Of a stretch of 64,000 nucleotides of DNA, positions 54,174 to 63,669 are shown piece after piece. Source of the DNA: Planctomycetota bacterium (GTDB lineage Bacteria > Planctomycetota > Planctomycetia > Gemmatales > Gemmataceae); assembly GCA_021325115.1 (NCBI GenBank), contig JAJPHU010000126.1:3066-67065 (forward strand), given 5' to 3'. Each line of letters begins with the position of its first letter. Positions within the stretch are counted from its first letter, which is position 1. The notes beneath the pieces were generated by a model that was not told the origin of the DNA, made no database searches, and saw only the letters and a program-made list of their open reading frames with translations. Both the position numbers and the translations under genes were made by a program.

Positions 54174-55262
54174 GTGCCGATGGAGCTGCGCTTGCTAGCG
54201 CAGGATGTGCCACTCGCTGTGCATGGCGCGCCGGATTATGCAGAATTGCGACGCCTCGGCCTGCGCCCCGCCGAAGTGCTCGATTTCAGCTCGAACATCA
54301 ACGCCTATGGGCCCTCTCCCGCTGTGGGCGAGGCGATAGCGCGAACGCCGTTGGGCCGCTATCCAGATGATGAGGCCTTGGCCCTGCGCATGACCTTGGC
54401 TGAATATCTGGGAGTTCCTCCGCAATGTATCCTCGCGGCCAACGGCTCGTCGGAGCTGATTTGGTTGACATCACTGGCTTTTCTTCGCTCTTCCGATCGT
54501 GTATTGGTGCTTGGCCCTACTTTCGCCGAATACGAACGTATGGCAGCGCTCAGGAACGTTTGTCTGAGAATTCATCGCGCTGAAGAGAGAGTGGGTTTTA
54601 TTCTATTACCTCCTGAAATAAGAAAAATTCTTGACTCGTGGCAGCCGCATCTGGTTTTCCTCTGCAATCCGAATAATCCAACAGGCACAGTCCTTGGTTC
54701 CTCATTGATTACAGATTGGTCATTCAGCTATCCGCATACTATCTTCATCGTGGATGAGTCTTATCTGGCTTTCGCTCCCGATCTCGGCTCCGCAGTAGAG
54801 ATCAAGCGGAACAACATATTGGTATTACGGTCGATGACGAAGGACCATGCACTCGCCGGCTTGCGTTTAGGCTACGCTGTGGGTGCAGAGGAATTAATTG
54901 CTGCGCTGGTCCGTGTACGTCCGCCTTGGAGCGTCAATGCTCTTGCTCAGGCCGCAGGCATCGCTGCCTTGCGTGATCGCGAGCATCTGCGACGTTCCCT
55001 GGATTTGTTGGCTGCGGCGAAAAGTGAGTTGATGGCGGCGCTCACTGAGCTGGGAGTGCAAGTACTGCCCTCTGCTGCTCCTTTCTTCCTCGTGCGCGTC
55101 GGCAATGGCGCCGCCGTTCGCCAATCCTTGCTGCACAAAGGCATTTTAGTCCGCGATTGTGCTTCATTCGGCTTACCGCAATATATCCGCATTTGTACGC
55201 GTCGGCCCGAAGAGAATGCCCGGCTCGTCGCTGCTTTGGGCGAGGTGAGACATGCCGGCTAA
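54174..55262 (+). CDS. cobD: threonine-phosphate decarboxylase (class I/II aminotransferase fold)
   Basis: LDFSSNINAYGPSP...YPD.....L...LA.YLGV....IL.ANGSSELI...NPNNPTG...VDESY..F...LRSMTKDHALAGLRLGY. Operon context supports the call. Confidence 0.85.
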   Translation: MPMELRLLAQDVPLAVHGAPDYAELRRLGLRPAEVLDFSSNINAYGPSPAVGEAIARTPLGRYPDDEALALRMTLAEYLGVPPQCILAANGSSELIWLTSLAFLRSSDRVLVLGPTFAEYERMAALRNVCLRIHRAEERVGFILLPPEIRKILDSWQPHLVFLCNPNNPTGTVLGSSLITDWSFSYPHTIFIVDESYLAFAPDLGSAVEIKRNNILVLRSMTKDHALAGLRLGYAVGAEELIAALVRVRPPWSVNALAQAAGIAALRDREHLRRSLDLLAAAKSELMAALTELGVQVLPSAAPFFLVRVGNGAAVRQSLLHKGILVRDCASFGLPQYIRICTRRPEENARLVAALGEVRHAG

Positions 55263-56754
55263 AACACTCATGCTGCAAGGGACCAGTTCATCGGTAGGCA
55301 AAAGTGTGTTGACGGCGGCGCTGTGCCGCATCTTCGCCCGCCGCGGCGTGCGCGTGGCGCCCTTTAAGGCACAAAATATGTCGAACAACGCTGCCGTCTG
55401 CGGCGACGGCGGTGAGATCGGTCGCGCCCAGGCCGTACAAGCAGCTGCCGCTGGCATCGCGCCAACACCTGACCTTAACCCGATTCTCCTCAAGCCTGAA
55501 GCCGATGCGCGCGCTCAGGTCATCGTACTGGGCCGGCGCTGGCAAACGCTGCGGGCCGGCAGCTATTATCACCGCAAAGAAGAACTGTGGCCGATCGTTA
55601 CTGCCGCCCTCGATCGCCTGCGTACAACCTATGAGTTGGTGATTATCGAAGGTGCGGGCAGTCCGGTAGAGTTGAATTTACGTGCTTTCGATATCGTAAA
55701 TATGTCTGTGGCTCGTTATGCCAGCAGTCCGGTGCTGTTGATAGGTGACATCGATCGAGGCGGAATTTTTGCACAATTACTGGGGAGCTTGTGGCTGTTG
55801 CCAGACGAGGAGCGCGCCTTGGTGCGCGGCCTGATCGTCAACAAATTCCGTGGCGATCATACTCTCTTCGCTGATGGCGTGCGCATCCTGGAGGAACGCA
55901 GCGGTGCTCCGGTCCTCGGCGTGGTGCCATACCTGAGCGATCTGATGTTGCCCGAGGAAGACGCTGTCGTGTTGGATACCGACAAGAGGTATGGCCCTGC
56001 TGAGGTCCGCGACATCGCCGTCATTCGCTTACCGCACATTGCCAATTTCGACGATTTCGATCCGCTTCGTTCTGAAATGGAGGTGCGGTTACGCTACGTA
56101 GAATCCCTCGCCGCTCTCGGCCACCCCTCGGCGATCATTGTGCCTGGAACCAAAAGCACCTTGGCCGACTTGGCCTGGCTGAGAGAACGTGGTTTCGCCA
56201 AGGCGATTCATCATCTGGCGGCACGGAATACAGCCGTGGTCGGTATCTGCGGCGGCTACCAAATGCTCGGCAACTCCATTCGCGATCCGGAAAATATTGA
56301 ATCCGATATCAAAGCAATGCCTGGTTTGGGACTGCTACCGGTAGAAACGATTTTTACTGGCGATAAAGCTGTCTTTCAGTCGCGTGCTCGCATCATGGGC
56401 GCATCGAGCTGGTTGGCCGATCTTCACGGCCGGATGGTGGAAGGTTATGAGATTCACATGGGGCGGACGCGGAGCCAAGGCGCCTGGCTGGAGATCACTG
56501 CCCGTAACGGTCAGCCGTGCCATGCGGAGGATGGCTGCATCGGTGCGGAGGGGCGCGTTTGGGGATGTTATCTCCATGGGCTATTTGCCAATGCGCCGCT
56601 GCGCCGCGCTTGGTTGGCCAGTCTTTCGCCGCAAGGCGGCTCAGTGATGGTAGATGCTTCGACATCGCTCGAGGATATGCTAGATCGTCTGGCCGATGCT
56701 GTCGAAGCGGCTTTGGATATGAAACGGCTAGAAACGATCCTCGCAGCAAAATGA
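55252..56754 (+). CDS. cobQ: cobyric acid synthase
   Basis: LMLQGTSSSVGKSVLTAALCRIFARRG..VAPFKAQNMSNNA......GEIGRAQ..QA.AAG..P....NPILLKP, plus a C-terminal GATase (GICGGYQMLG). Confidence 0.95.
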   Translation: MPAKTLMLQGTSSSVGKSVLTAALCRIFARRGVRVAPFKAQNMSNNAAVCGDGGEIGRAQAVQAAAAGIAPTPDLNPILLKPEADARAQVIVLGRRWQTLRAGSYYHRKEELWPIVTAALDRLRTTYELVIIEGAGSPVELNLRAFDIVNMSVARYASSPVLLIGDIDRGGIFAQLLGSLWLLPDEERALVRGLIVNKFRGDHTLFADGVRILEERSGAPVLGVVPYLSDLMLPEEDAVVLDTDKRYGPAEVRDIAVIRLPHIANFDDFDPLRSEMEVRLRYVESLAALGHPSAIIVPGTKSTLADLAWLRERGFAKAIHHLAARNTAVVGICGGYQMLGNSIRDPENIESDIKAMPGLGLLPVETIFTGDKAVFQSRARIMGASSWLADLHGRMVEGYEIHMGRTRSQGAWLEITARNGQPCHAEDGCIGAEGRVWGCYLHGLFANAPLRRAWLASLSPQGGSVMVDASTSLEDMLDRLADAVEAALDMKRLETILAAK

Positions 56755-56771
56755 GGATAAAGGAGAGGTTT

Positions 56772-57380
56772 ATGGAAGAAAATTTACCCGAATTGCATCA
56801 ACAACGCATGATGCGCCGCAAAAAAGCGTTCGAGGCGCGTAAGGCCCGTGCCACGCGCGAAAAGGGCCTGCTCCTTGTCCATACCGGCGCGGGCAAGGGC
56901 AAAACCACGGCGGCCCTGGGATTGGCCTTCCGTGCCCTCGGACAGGGACTCAAGGTCGGCATCGTCCAGTTCATCAAGGGCGCCATTCCTACCGGCGAGG
57001 CGGCACTTGTTCGCCGGCTCAACCTGCCCATCGAAATGCATACGCTGGGCGACGGCTTCACCTGGAACACTCAGGACCGTGACAAAGACATCGCCAGTGC
57101 CCGCAAAGCGTGGGAGCAAGCCGTCGCCCTTCTCCGCGATGAGTCGTTCGGCCTGGTCATTCTCGATGAGTTGAATGTGGTGTTGCACTATGATTATTTG
57201 CCGCTGACCGAGGTGCTCGATGAGCTGCGCCACAAGCGCCCCATGCTACACGTAGTTGTCACCGGCCGCCATGCCAAACCGGAGCTTATCGATCTGGCCG
57301 ACCTGGTAACGGAGATGAAATTAGTCAAGCACCCCTATCGTGAACAGGGAATTAAGCCGCAGAAGGGGATTGAATATTAA
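56772..57380 (+). CDS. cobO: cob(I)yrinic acid a,c-diamide adenosyltransferase
   Basis: KGLLLVHTGAGKGKTTAALGLAFRALGQGLKVGIVQFIKG...LVILDELN..L.Y.YL....V...L..RP...HVVVTGR. ATG 56772 follows AGGAGAGG. Confidence 0.95.
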   Translation: MEENLPELHQQRMMRRKKAFEARKARATREKGLLLVHTGAGKGKTTAALGLAFRALGQGLKVGIVQFIKGAIPTGEAALVRRLNLPIEMHTLGDGFTWNTQDRDKDIASARKAWEQAVALLRDESFGLVILDELNVVLHYDYLPLTEVLDELRHKRPMLHVVVTGRHAKPELIDLADLVTEMKLVKHPYREQGIKPQKGIEY

Positions 57381-57413
57381 ATGTGTATTTACCTCTCCCA
57401 ATGAGCAAAGGAC

Positions 57414-58337
57414 ATGACCATGAAACCCGCAGTTTTATTTGTCGGACACGGCAGCCGTGACCCGGAAGGTACACAGGAATTTTGCCGCCTTGTGGAACAG
57501 TTTCGTTGTGCCGATCCAGGACGGATCGTTGAACATGGTTTCCTGGAGTTCGCCCGCCCCGTTCTCACCGATGCTGTGGAGCGTTGTGTGGCCCAGGGCG
57601 CTCACACTGTCGCCGTGTTGCCGGGGATGCTCATGGCCGCCGGTCACGCCAAAAACGACATTCCCAGCGAGATCCACGAAGCGCGGCACAAATACCCCGA
57701 TGTCCATTTCCATTACGGCCGACACTTGCATTTGCATTCCAAGATCCTCGAATTGTGCCGGCTGCGAATTGAAGAGGCGCTCGCAGCAGCACGGCCGGTG
57801 GAGCGCAAAGACACGTTGTTGCTGGTGGTCGGCCGGGGCAGCAGCGATCCCGACGCCAATGCGGATGTCGGCAAACTGGCACGGATTCTCTGGGAAGGCA
57901 TGGGCTTTGGCTGGGCGGCCGCCGCTTACATCGGTGTGACGACGCCTCTGTTGCCCGAAGCGCTCACGCGTTGTCATCGCATGGGGTTCGCACGCATCGT
58001 TGTTTTTCCGTTTTTCTTGTTCACCGGTGTACTGGAAAAACGCATCCGTCGTTTGACCGCCGAGTTTGCTGAGCGGCATCCTGAAGCCGAGTTTCTCTGC
58101 ACAGGTTATCTCAATGTTCACCCGTTGTTGCTTGAAGTCTTCACCGAGCGCATCGAGGAAGCGCTTCACGGCAGTCCTAACATGAACTGCGAGCTGTGCA
58201 AATACCGTGTGCGGCTGCCGGGCTTCGAGCATGCCGTCGGTCAGCCACAAGTCGGCCATCATCACCACGTCCGCGGCATTGGTCAAGACGGTCAGACTCA
58301 TACCCACGGACACGACCATCACCATCATCATCCTTGA
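57414..58337 (+). CDS. cbiX: sirohydrochlorin cobaltochelatase, long form (CbiX-L) with MxCxxC motif and His-rich tail
   Basis: Duplicated CbiX fold (LFVGHGSRDPEG... and LLVVGRGSSDPDAN...), NMNCELCKYR (an Fe-S motif as in B. megaterium CbiX-L), and the C-terminus GHHHHVRGIGQDGQTHTHGHDHHHHHP. Confidence 0.85.
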   Translation: MTMKPAVLFVGHGSRDPEGTQEFCRLVEQFRCADPGRIVEHGFLEFARPVLTDAVERCVAQGAHTVAVLPGMLMAAGHAKNDIPSEIHEARHKYPDVHFHYGRHLHLHSKILELCRLRIEEALAAARPVERKDTLLLVVGRGSSDPDANADVGKLARILWEGMGFGWAAAAYIGVTTPLLPEALTRCHRMGFARIVVFPFFLFTGVLEKRIRRLTAEFAERHPEAEFLCTGYLNVHPLLLEVFTERIEEALHGSPNMNCELCKYRVRLPGFEHAVGQPQVGHHHHVRGIGQDGQTHTHGHDHHHHHP

Positions 58338-58344
58338 GGCAATC

Positions 58345-59088
58345 ATGAAACCGGTGGGAACATTCTGGGGCGTCGGTGTAGGTCCAGGTGATCCGGAGCT
58401 GATGACGCTCAAAGCGGCGCGAATCCTCACCGAAGTGGATTGGATTTTCTGTCCAGCGGAGTCCATGCAAGGGACCAGCTTCGCTGCGCGCATCGTGACA
58501 CCCTTAGGCTTGCCGGCGGAAAAAATCCGTCCCTCCATTTTGTGTATGTCGCGACAGGGCGGTGCAGCCCAACAAGGCTATCGCCGTGCGGCCGAAGCAA
58601 TCGCGGCGGAACTGCGGCAAGGGCGCTCGGTCGCCTGGATCACGGAAGGCGACCCGCTGTTTTACAGTACATTTCCCCCTATTGCAGAGGAAGTTCGTCG
58701 CCTTTATCCAGAAGTACGGATCGAGATTGTGCCGGGCGTATCATCGGTGCAAGCCGCTGCTGCCCGCGCCGGTGTTCCTCTCGCTCAACTCGACGAAGCG
58801 ATGGCCGTCTTGCCTGCCGCTTACGGACTGGAGCGTTTGCCGATGCTGCTCGATTCCTGTGCTACCGTCGCTTTGCTCAAGGTCCACTCCATGATCGAGC
58901 CATTGCTGGAGCGGCTCGCCGATTTTAAGAACAATATACAGACAATTTATGTAGAAAAAATTGGTACGTCTGAGGAGCGGCTAACGACCGATTTGCACTC
59001 ATTGCGTGGGCAGAAATTGCCCTATTTTTCACTCGTCCTCCTGCGGCGCAATCAAGCGGGTGATACCGGAAAGGAGATCGGGCCATGA
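58345..59088 (+). CDS. cobI: precorrin-2 / cobalt-factor II C20-methyltransferase
   Basis: GTFWGVGVGPGDPELMTLKAARIL...VAWITEGDPLFYSTF...EIVPGVSSVQAAAA. Tetrapyrrole methylase fold, 247 aa. Confidence 0.9.
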   Translation: MKPVGTFWGVGVGPGDPELMTLKAARILTEVDWIFCPAESMQGTSFAARIVTPLGLPAEKIRPSILCMSRQGGAAQQGYRRAAEAIAAELRQGRSVAWITEGDPLFYSTFPPIAEEVRRLYPEVRIEIVPGVSSVQAAAARAGVPLAQLDEAMAVLPAAYGLERLPMLLDSCATVALLKVHSMIEPLLERLADFKNNIQTIYVEKIGTSEERLTTDLHSLRGQKLPYFSLVLLRRNQAGDTGKEIGP

Positions 59089-60500
59089 CGCGTAGCGGCA
59101 GTCTGGTTATTGTGGGGTTGGGACCAGGAGCGCGTGAGGTGATGACAGGTCAAGCGCTGGAAGCGCTCTGTCGTTCGCAGGTAATCGTCGGCTACAGCGG
59201 CTATTTTGATGGGATTGGCGATTTGGTAGATGGTAAAGAATGCCTCGCTTTGCCTCTGGGCACAGAGAGGGAACGGGCGCAGCTGGCAGTGCAGCGCGCC
59301 CACGCGGGCGAGGCCGTGTGTGTGATCTCCAGTGGCGATGCCGGCATTTATGGCATGGCCGGTCTGGTGCTAGAGACACTCGAAGCTGCAGGCAATCCTT
59401 CTGGAATGAAAGTTGCTATCATCCCCGGCGTATCGGCCGTGAACGCTTGCGCCGCCCTGCTGGGCGCGCCGCTGGGCCATGATTTCGCGGTCGTCAGTTT
59501 GAGCGACCTTTTGACACCATGGCCCCAGATCGAGCGGCGCCTGACTGCAGCGGTACAGGCGGATTTCGTACTGGTCCTGCTCAACCCGCAAAGTTCGCGG
59601 CGCGATTGGCAACTGCGCCGCGCTCAGGAGATCTTGCTTCAGGACCGTCCACCGGAAACACCAGTCGGCATCGTGCGCCGGGCCTATCGCCCCGGCCAAG
59701 CGGTCGAGATTACCACGCTCGCCTGCATGACAGAGTCAATTGTTGACATGTTCACAACTGTGGTCATTGGCAATTCCCAGACACGCCGACTCGGTGACAA
59801 GCTGGTGACACCGCGGGGCTATCCGGCGAGTGGGGCGTATCAATATCCCGGTGCAAATCACTCGGCCGTTGACACGCCCCACTCGCCGCAGATTGTAGAC
59901 CAGAGTTTCCACATCATCGAGCGGGAAGTCGGCACGCATGGTTTTGCTGAAGAGGAATGGCAGGTGGTCTGCCGCATGATCCACGCATCCGGCGACCTGG
60001 AATTGGCTCAATTGATTTGCTTCCACCACGATGCCGTGGCCGCTGGTGTGCAAGCCCTGCGACAGGGCACGCCTCTCGTTACCGACGTGCGCATGGTCAT
60101 TGCTGGGCTGAACAAGACAGCTCTGGCATCACTGGGCATTGGCGCACACAGCTTCATCGATGATCCGGACGTGGCGCGCCGAGCCGTTCAGGAGGGACGG
60201 ACACGCAGCGCCTGCGCGATGGAAAAAGCAATGACCGTGATGAAGCGGGCCATCTATGTCGTTGGCAATGCGCCGACAGCGTTGCTAGTGTTATGCGATG
60301 GCATCCGTCGCGGAGTGGTGCAACCCCATCTCGTGATCGCAGCCCCGGTCGGTTTCGTTGCAGTGGAACAGAGCAAAGAACAAGCGTTCGCGTTGGACGT
60401 ACCGCTGATCGGCGTACGCGGCCGCAAGGGCGGCAGCGCCGTTGCGGCCGCAGCGATGAATGCGCTGCTGTTGATGGCGCTGGAGGAGGTACGGCAATGA
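59085..60500 (+). CDS. cobJ: fusion: precorrin-3B C17-methyltransferase (CobJ/CbiH) plus precorrin-8X methylmutase (CobH/CbiC)
   Basis: N-terminal half: SLVIVGLGPG...VIVGYSGY...VCVISSGDAGIYGMAG...IIPGVSA. C-terminal half: IHASGDLELA....FHHDAV.AG..AL..G.PLVTDV.MV..G...........VGNAPTAL...PVGFV....SKE. An ATGA overlap with cobI occurs at 59085. Confidence 0.9.
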   Translation: MTRSGSLVIVGLGPGAREVMTGQALEALCRSQVIVGYSGYFDGIGDLVDGKECLALPLGTERERAQLAVQRAHAGEAVCVISSGDAGIYGMAGLVLETLEAAGNPSGMKVAIIPGVSAVNACAALLGAPLGHDFAVVSLSDLLTPWPQIERRLTAAVQADFVLVLLNPQSSRRDWQLRRAQEILLQDRPPETPVGIVRRAYRPGQAVEITTLACMTESIVDMFTTVVIGNSQTRRLGDKLVTPRGYPASGAYQYPGANHSAVDTPHSPQIVDQSFHIIEREVGTHGFAEEEWQVVCRMIHASGDLELAQLICFHHDAVAAGVQALRQGTPLVTDVRMVIAGLNKTALASLGIGAHSFIDDPDVARRAVQEGRTRSACAMEKAMTVMKRAIYVVGNAPTALLVLCDGIRRGVVQPHLVIAAPVGFVAVEQSKEQAFALDVPLIGVRGRKGGSAVAAAAMNALLLMALEEVRQ

Positions 60501-61771
60501 CGGAACCGCTGGTGGTAATTGGCATCGGCCACGACGGCCCGGCAGGATTATCGCCGGAGGCGCACGACCATATCGCTCGCGCCAAAGTTCTGGCTGGCGG
60601 CGCGCGACATCTCGCTTTCTTTTCCGAATGGGATGGAGAAAAGGTCGTCTTTGATGCAAATATATCTCAAAGGATCGCTTATGTCCGAGAATGTGCTGCG
60701 CAACGAAAGACGGTTGTGCTGGCTTCGGGTGATCCGCTGTTTTACGGCATTGGGCGTCTACTCCTGGAGGTATTCCCGCGCGAACAGTTACTATTTTTGC
60801 CGCATCTCAGCTCCGTGCAACTCGCCTTTGCCCGGATCAAGGAGACGTGGGACGATGCCTGCATCGTCAGCTTGCATGGCCGGCCTCTGCAAGCGCTCGC
60901 ACCCGCCCTCCAGCGCCGGGAAAGTAAGATTGCTGTGTTCACAGATGCTCATAATTCTCCGGCGGCGATCGGTGTTTGCCTCCGCGAGACTGGCTGTGCG
61001 GCAGTGTATCCGGTTGCCTGGGTATGCGAAAACCTCGGGGGACCGGATGAACGCGTTACCTCCTGGACTCCCGGAGAGTTGGAACAAGAGATTTTTTCTC
61101 CCTTGAATATCGTGATACTTCTCCATGGACAGGATGCCGAGCGCCCGGGACGTGCGTTTCGATGCCCTGCGTGGGAGCGAGGGAAGAAACTACCTTTGCT
61201 TGGTATTCCGGAAGAGGCGCTGCGGCATCGGACACGGCGCGGCGATCTCATCACGCGCCGCGAGATACGCTTGCTTTCCCTGTGTTATTTGGAACTCCAT
61301 CGGGGCGATGTTCTTTGGGACGTGGGTGCCGGCAGTGGTTCGGTATCTATCGAGGCTGCGCGCCTCCATTCAGATCTGAAGATATTTGCGATTGAGAAAG
61401 ATGCTGAAGCCTGGGAGAACCTGGAGGCGAACGTCCGGACCTTCGGCGCTCTCAGTGTCCACCCCATTGCCGGCACCGCTCCCGATGCATTCGGACAATT
61501 GCCCGATCCGGATGCTGTTTTTGTCGGCGGTAGCGGCGGCAAGCTCGAAGCGATTTTGGCTGCAGCGCTGGGACGACTGAAGCCGGGGGGACGTCTCATT
61601 GTCAATTGCATTACCCTGGATAGTCTTGCCTGCGGCTGGAATTGGCTGCGTGATCATGATACACAACCACAAGTAACTTCCGTGCAACTGGCGCACTCGC
61701 GACCGCTGGGGAAGTTATACAGCCTGGAGCCGGCCAGTCCTCTTTTCATCTTGCAGGCGCGAAAACAATGA
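60497..61771 (+). CDS. cobL: precorrin-6Y C5,15-methyltransferase (decarboxylating), CbiE+CbiT fused
   Basis: LVVIGIGHDGPAGLSPEA...VVLASGDPLFYGIG (CbiE part) and ITRREIRLLSL..L.....VLWDVGAGSGSVSIEAA (CbiT SAM-binding part). An ATGA overlap occurs at 60497. Confidence 0.9.
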   Translation: MTEPLVVIGIGHDGPAGLSPEAHDHIARAKVLAGGARHLAFFSEWDGEKVVFDANISQRIAYVRECAAQRKTVVLASGDPLFYGIGRLLLEVFPREQLLFLPHLSSVQLAFARIKETWDDACIVSLHGRPLQALAPALQRRESKIAVFTDAHNSPAAIGVCLRETGCAAVYPVAWVCENLGGPDERVTSWTPGELEQEIFSPLNIVILLHGQDAERPGRAFRCPAWERGKKLPLLGIPEEALRHRTRRGDLITRREIRLLSLCYLELHRGDVLWDVGAGSGSVSIEAARLHSDLKIFAIEKDAEAWENLEANVRTFGALSVHPIAGTAPDAFGQLPDPDAVFVGGSGGKLEAILAAALGRLKPGGRLIVNCITLDSLACGWNWLRDHDTQPQVTSVQLAHSRPLGKLYSLEPASPLFILQARKQ

Positions 61772-63669
61772 AATCTTCCCAGAAAATAGCCCTGATCGCT
61801 GTCACTCGCTGCGGACTCCAACAAGCCTGTCTCTTGCGCATGCGCCTGGGATATGGCGAAGTATATCGCCCGGCCCACCTCGGCAATCCCGTGCATCCGT
61901 GGGAATATTCCTTCGCTGGCGTCTTGTCTGAACAGGTTCCCGACTTGTTCGCGCGCTGCGATCAGCTGGTTTTTTTTCTGGCAGTGGGGGCGGTGATACG
62001 CTTAATTACTCCTTGTCTGGTCTCTAAAATGAGCGATCCGGGCGTGTTAGCTGTGGATGAGGCCGGCCATTTCGTCATCGCATTATTGTCCGGCCATCGA
62101 GGTGGTGCCAACGCCTTTGCCCGCACCGTCGCCGGCTGCCTGGGCGCCACACCGGTCATCACCACGGCTTCGGACGTTCTCGGCGGCCTCAGCATCGAAG
62201 AATTGGCGAATACGTTCGGCTGGATCGCCGAGCCGACGGAACGCCTTAAACCCACGGCGGCAGCACTGGTGAACCATGAGCCGGTGGCTATCGTGCAAGA
62301 AATCGGCAGCCGCGGTTGCTGGCTCGATGAGATCGAATTGCCCGATAATGCAATATTCACTCACGAGATTCGCCGCTTGCAAGGCCGACGCTTGGAGCGC
62401 ATCCTGTGGATCACCGATCGCCAAGTGCAGGATTGCCACGGTTGGGACGAAGAGCGCATTCTTTGGCTGCGTCCGCCCAGTCTGGTTCTCGGTGTTGGCT
62501 GTGAGCGCGACATCTCCATGGAAGCACTGGCGGATGGTCTGGAGCGCTTTCTGTACACGCATGGTATCGCGCGGGCCAGTATCCGCACCCTCGCCACGGT
62601 GAACATCAAAGACGATGAAACGGCTCTTCTCGAACTGGCGAAACAACACGGCTGGCAAACGGTTTTTTATCCGGCTGAAGAACTGGCGCGGGTGAGCCGG
62701 ATACCAAATCCATCACCGGTGGTGGAACAATGTATCGGTACACCGGGCGTGGCTGAGCCGGCTGCTCTCTTGGCCGCCGCTGCGGAGCGATTGCTTGTGG
62801 AAAAGCAAGTTGTCGTTTCACCGTTGTCGCCGCGGCGGATGACTTTCGCGCTGGCCCGGTTCGCTTCGTTTCAAGAGCGGACGACGGCAGGCCGAGTGAT
62901 CTTCGTCGGCGCAGGGCCGGGTGATCCGGAGCTGTTGACGCTCAGGGCTTGCCAGGCCCTTCGCCGCGCCGATGTGGTCATTTATGCTGGCTCGCTCGTT
63001 CCTGAAGCGATATTGCGGCACGCGTCGGCAGCAGCCAGGCTGCATAACTCGGCGTCTCTAACACTGGAACAAGTGATGGAGATAACAAAAGCAGCCGTTG
63101 ATAACGGCCAGTGTGTGGTCCGCCTCCATTCGGGAGATACCAGTCTTTACAGTGCCATTCAGGAACAGCTTGCCATTCTTGAAGATACGGGAATCGATTG
63201 CGAAGTCATTCCGGGCATTAGCGCGTTTCAGGCCGCGGCCGCCGCTCTCAAGAGTGAATTGACACTGCCGGAGATCGTGCAGACTGTCATCCTCACGCGC
63301 GGCGAAGGGCGGACGAAAATGCCGTCCGGCGAAGCTCTGGAATCGCTGGCACAACATAAAGCGACTCTCTGTGTCTTTTTAAGCGCTCGATTGGCCGAGA
63401 CGGTGCAGGCGCAGCTGTTGACGGCCTATCCTCCTCAGACGCCGGTAGCCATCGCTTATCGCGTTAGTTGGCCAGATGAACAAATCATTGTCACGACGCT
63501 GGCAAACCTGGCCAATGAAGTTCGCCGTCAGCGCCTGACACGGACCACGCTCCTTTTGGTAGGCGAGGCCATCGGTGGACGCCGCAATCGTTCGCGGCTT
63601 TACGATCGCAATCATGGACATCTGTTTCGGGCAAGGGACCGCGATGAAAGGCACCATCCTTCTGCTTAG
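61768..63669 (+). CDS. cbiG: fusion: CbiG (cobalt-precorrin-5A hydrolase-like) plus precorrin-4 C11-methyltransferase (CobM/CbiF)
   Basis: CbiG N-terminal and middle regions (AVGAVIRLITP...KMSDPGVLAVDEAGHFVIALLSGHRGGANAFA...PVITTASD) and CbiG_C (LVLGVGCERD...). Then VIFVGAGPGDPELLTLRA...VVIYAGSLV...VVRLHSGDTSLYSAI.EQ...L....I..EVIPGISAF. Confidence 0.9.
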   Translation: MKSSQKIALIAVTRCGLQQACLLRMRLGYGEVYRPAHLGNPVHPWEYSFAGVLSEQVPDLFARCDQLVFFLAVGAVIRLITPCLVSKMSDPGVLAVDEAGHFVIALLSGHRGGANAFARTVAGCLGATPVITTASDVLGGLSIEELANTFGWIAEPTERLKPTAAALVNHEPVAIVQEIGSRGCWLDEIELPDNAIFTHEIRRLQGRRLERILWITDRQVQDCHGWDEERILWLRPPSLVLGVGCERDISMEALADGLERFLYTHGIARASIRTLATVNIKDDETALLELAKQHGWQTVFYPAEELARVSRIPNPSPVVEQCIGTPGVAEPAALLAAAAERLLVEKQVVVSPLSPRRMTFALARFASFQERTTAGRVIFVGAGPGDPELLTLRACQALRRADVVIYAGSLVPEAILRHASAAARLHNSASLTLEQVMEITKAAVDNGQCVVRLHSGDTSLYSAIQEQLAILEDTGIDCEVIPGISAFQAAAAALKSELTLPEIVQTVILTRGEGRTKMPSGEALESLAQHKATLCVFLSARLAETVQAQLLTAYPPQTPVAIAYRVSWPDEQIIVTTLANLANEVRRQRLTRTTLLLVGEAIGGRRNRSRLYDRNHGHLFRARDRDERHHPSA

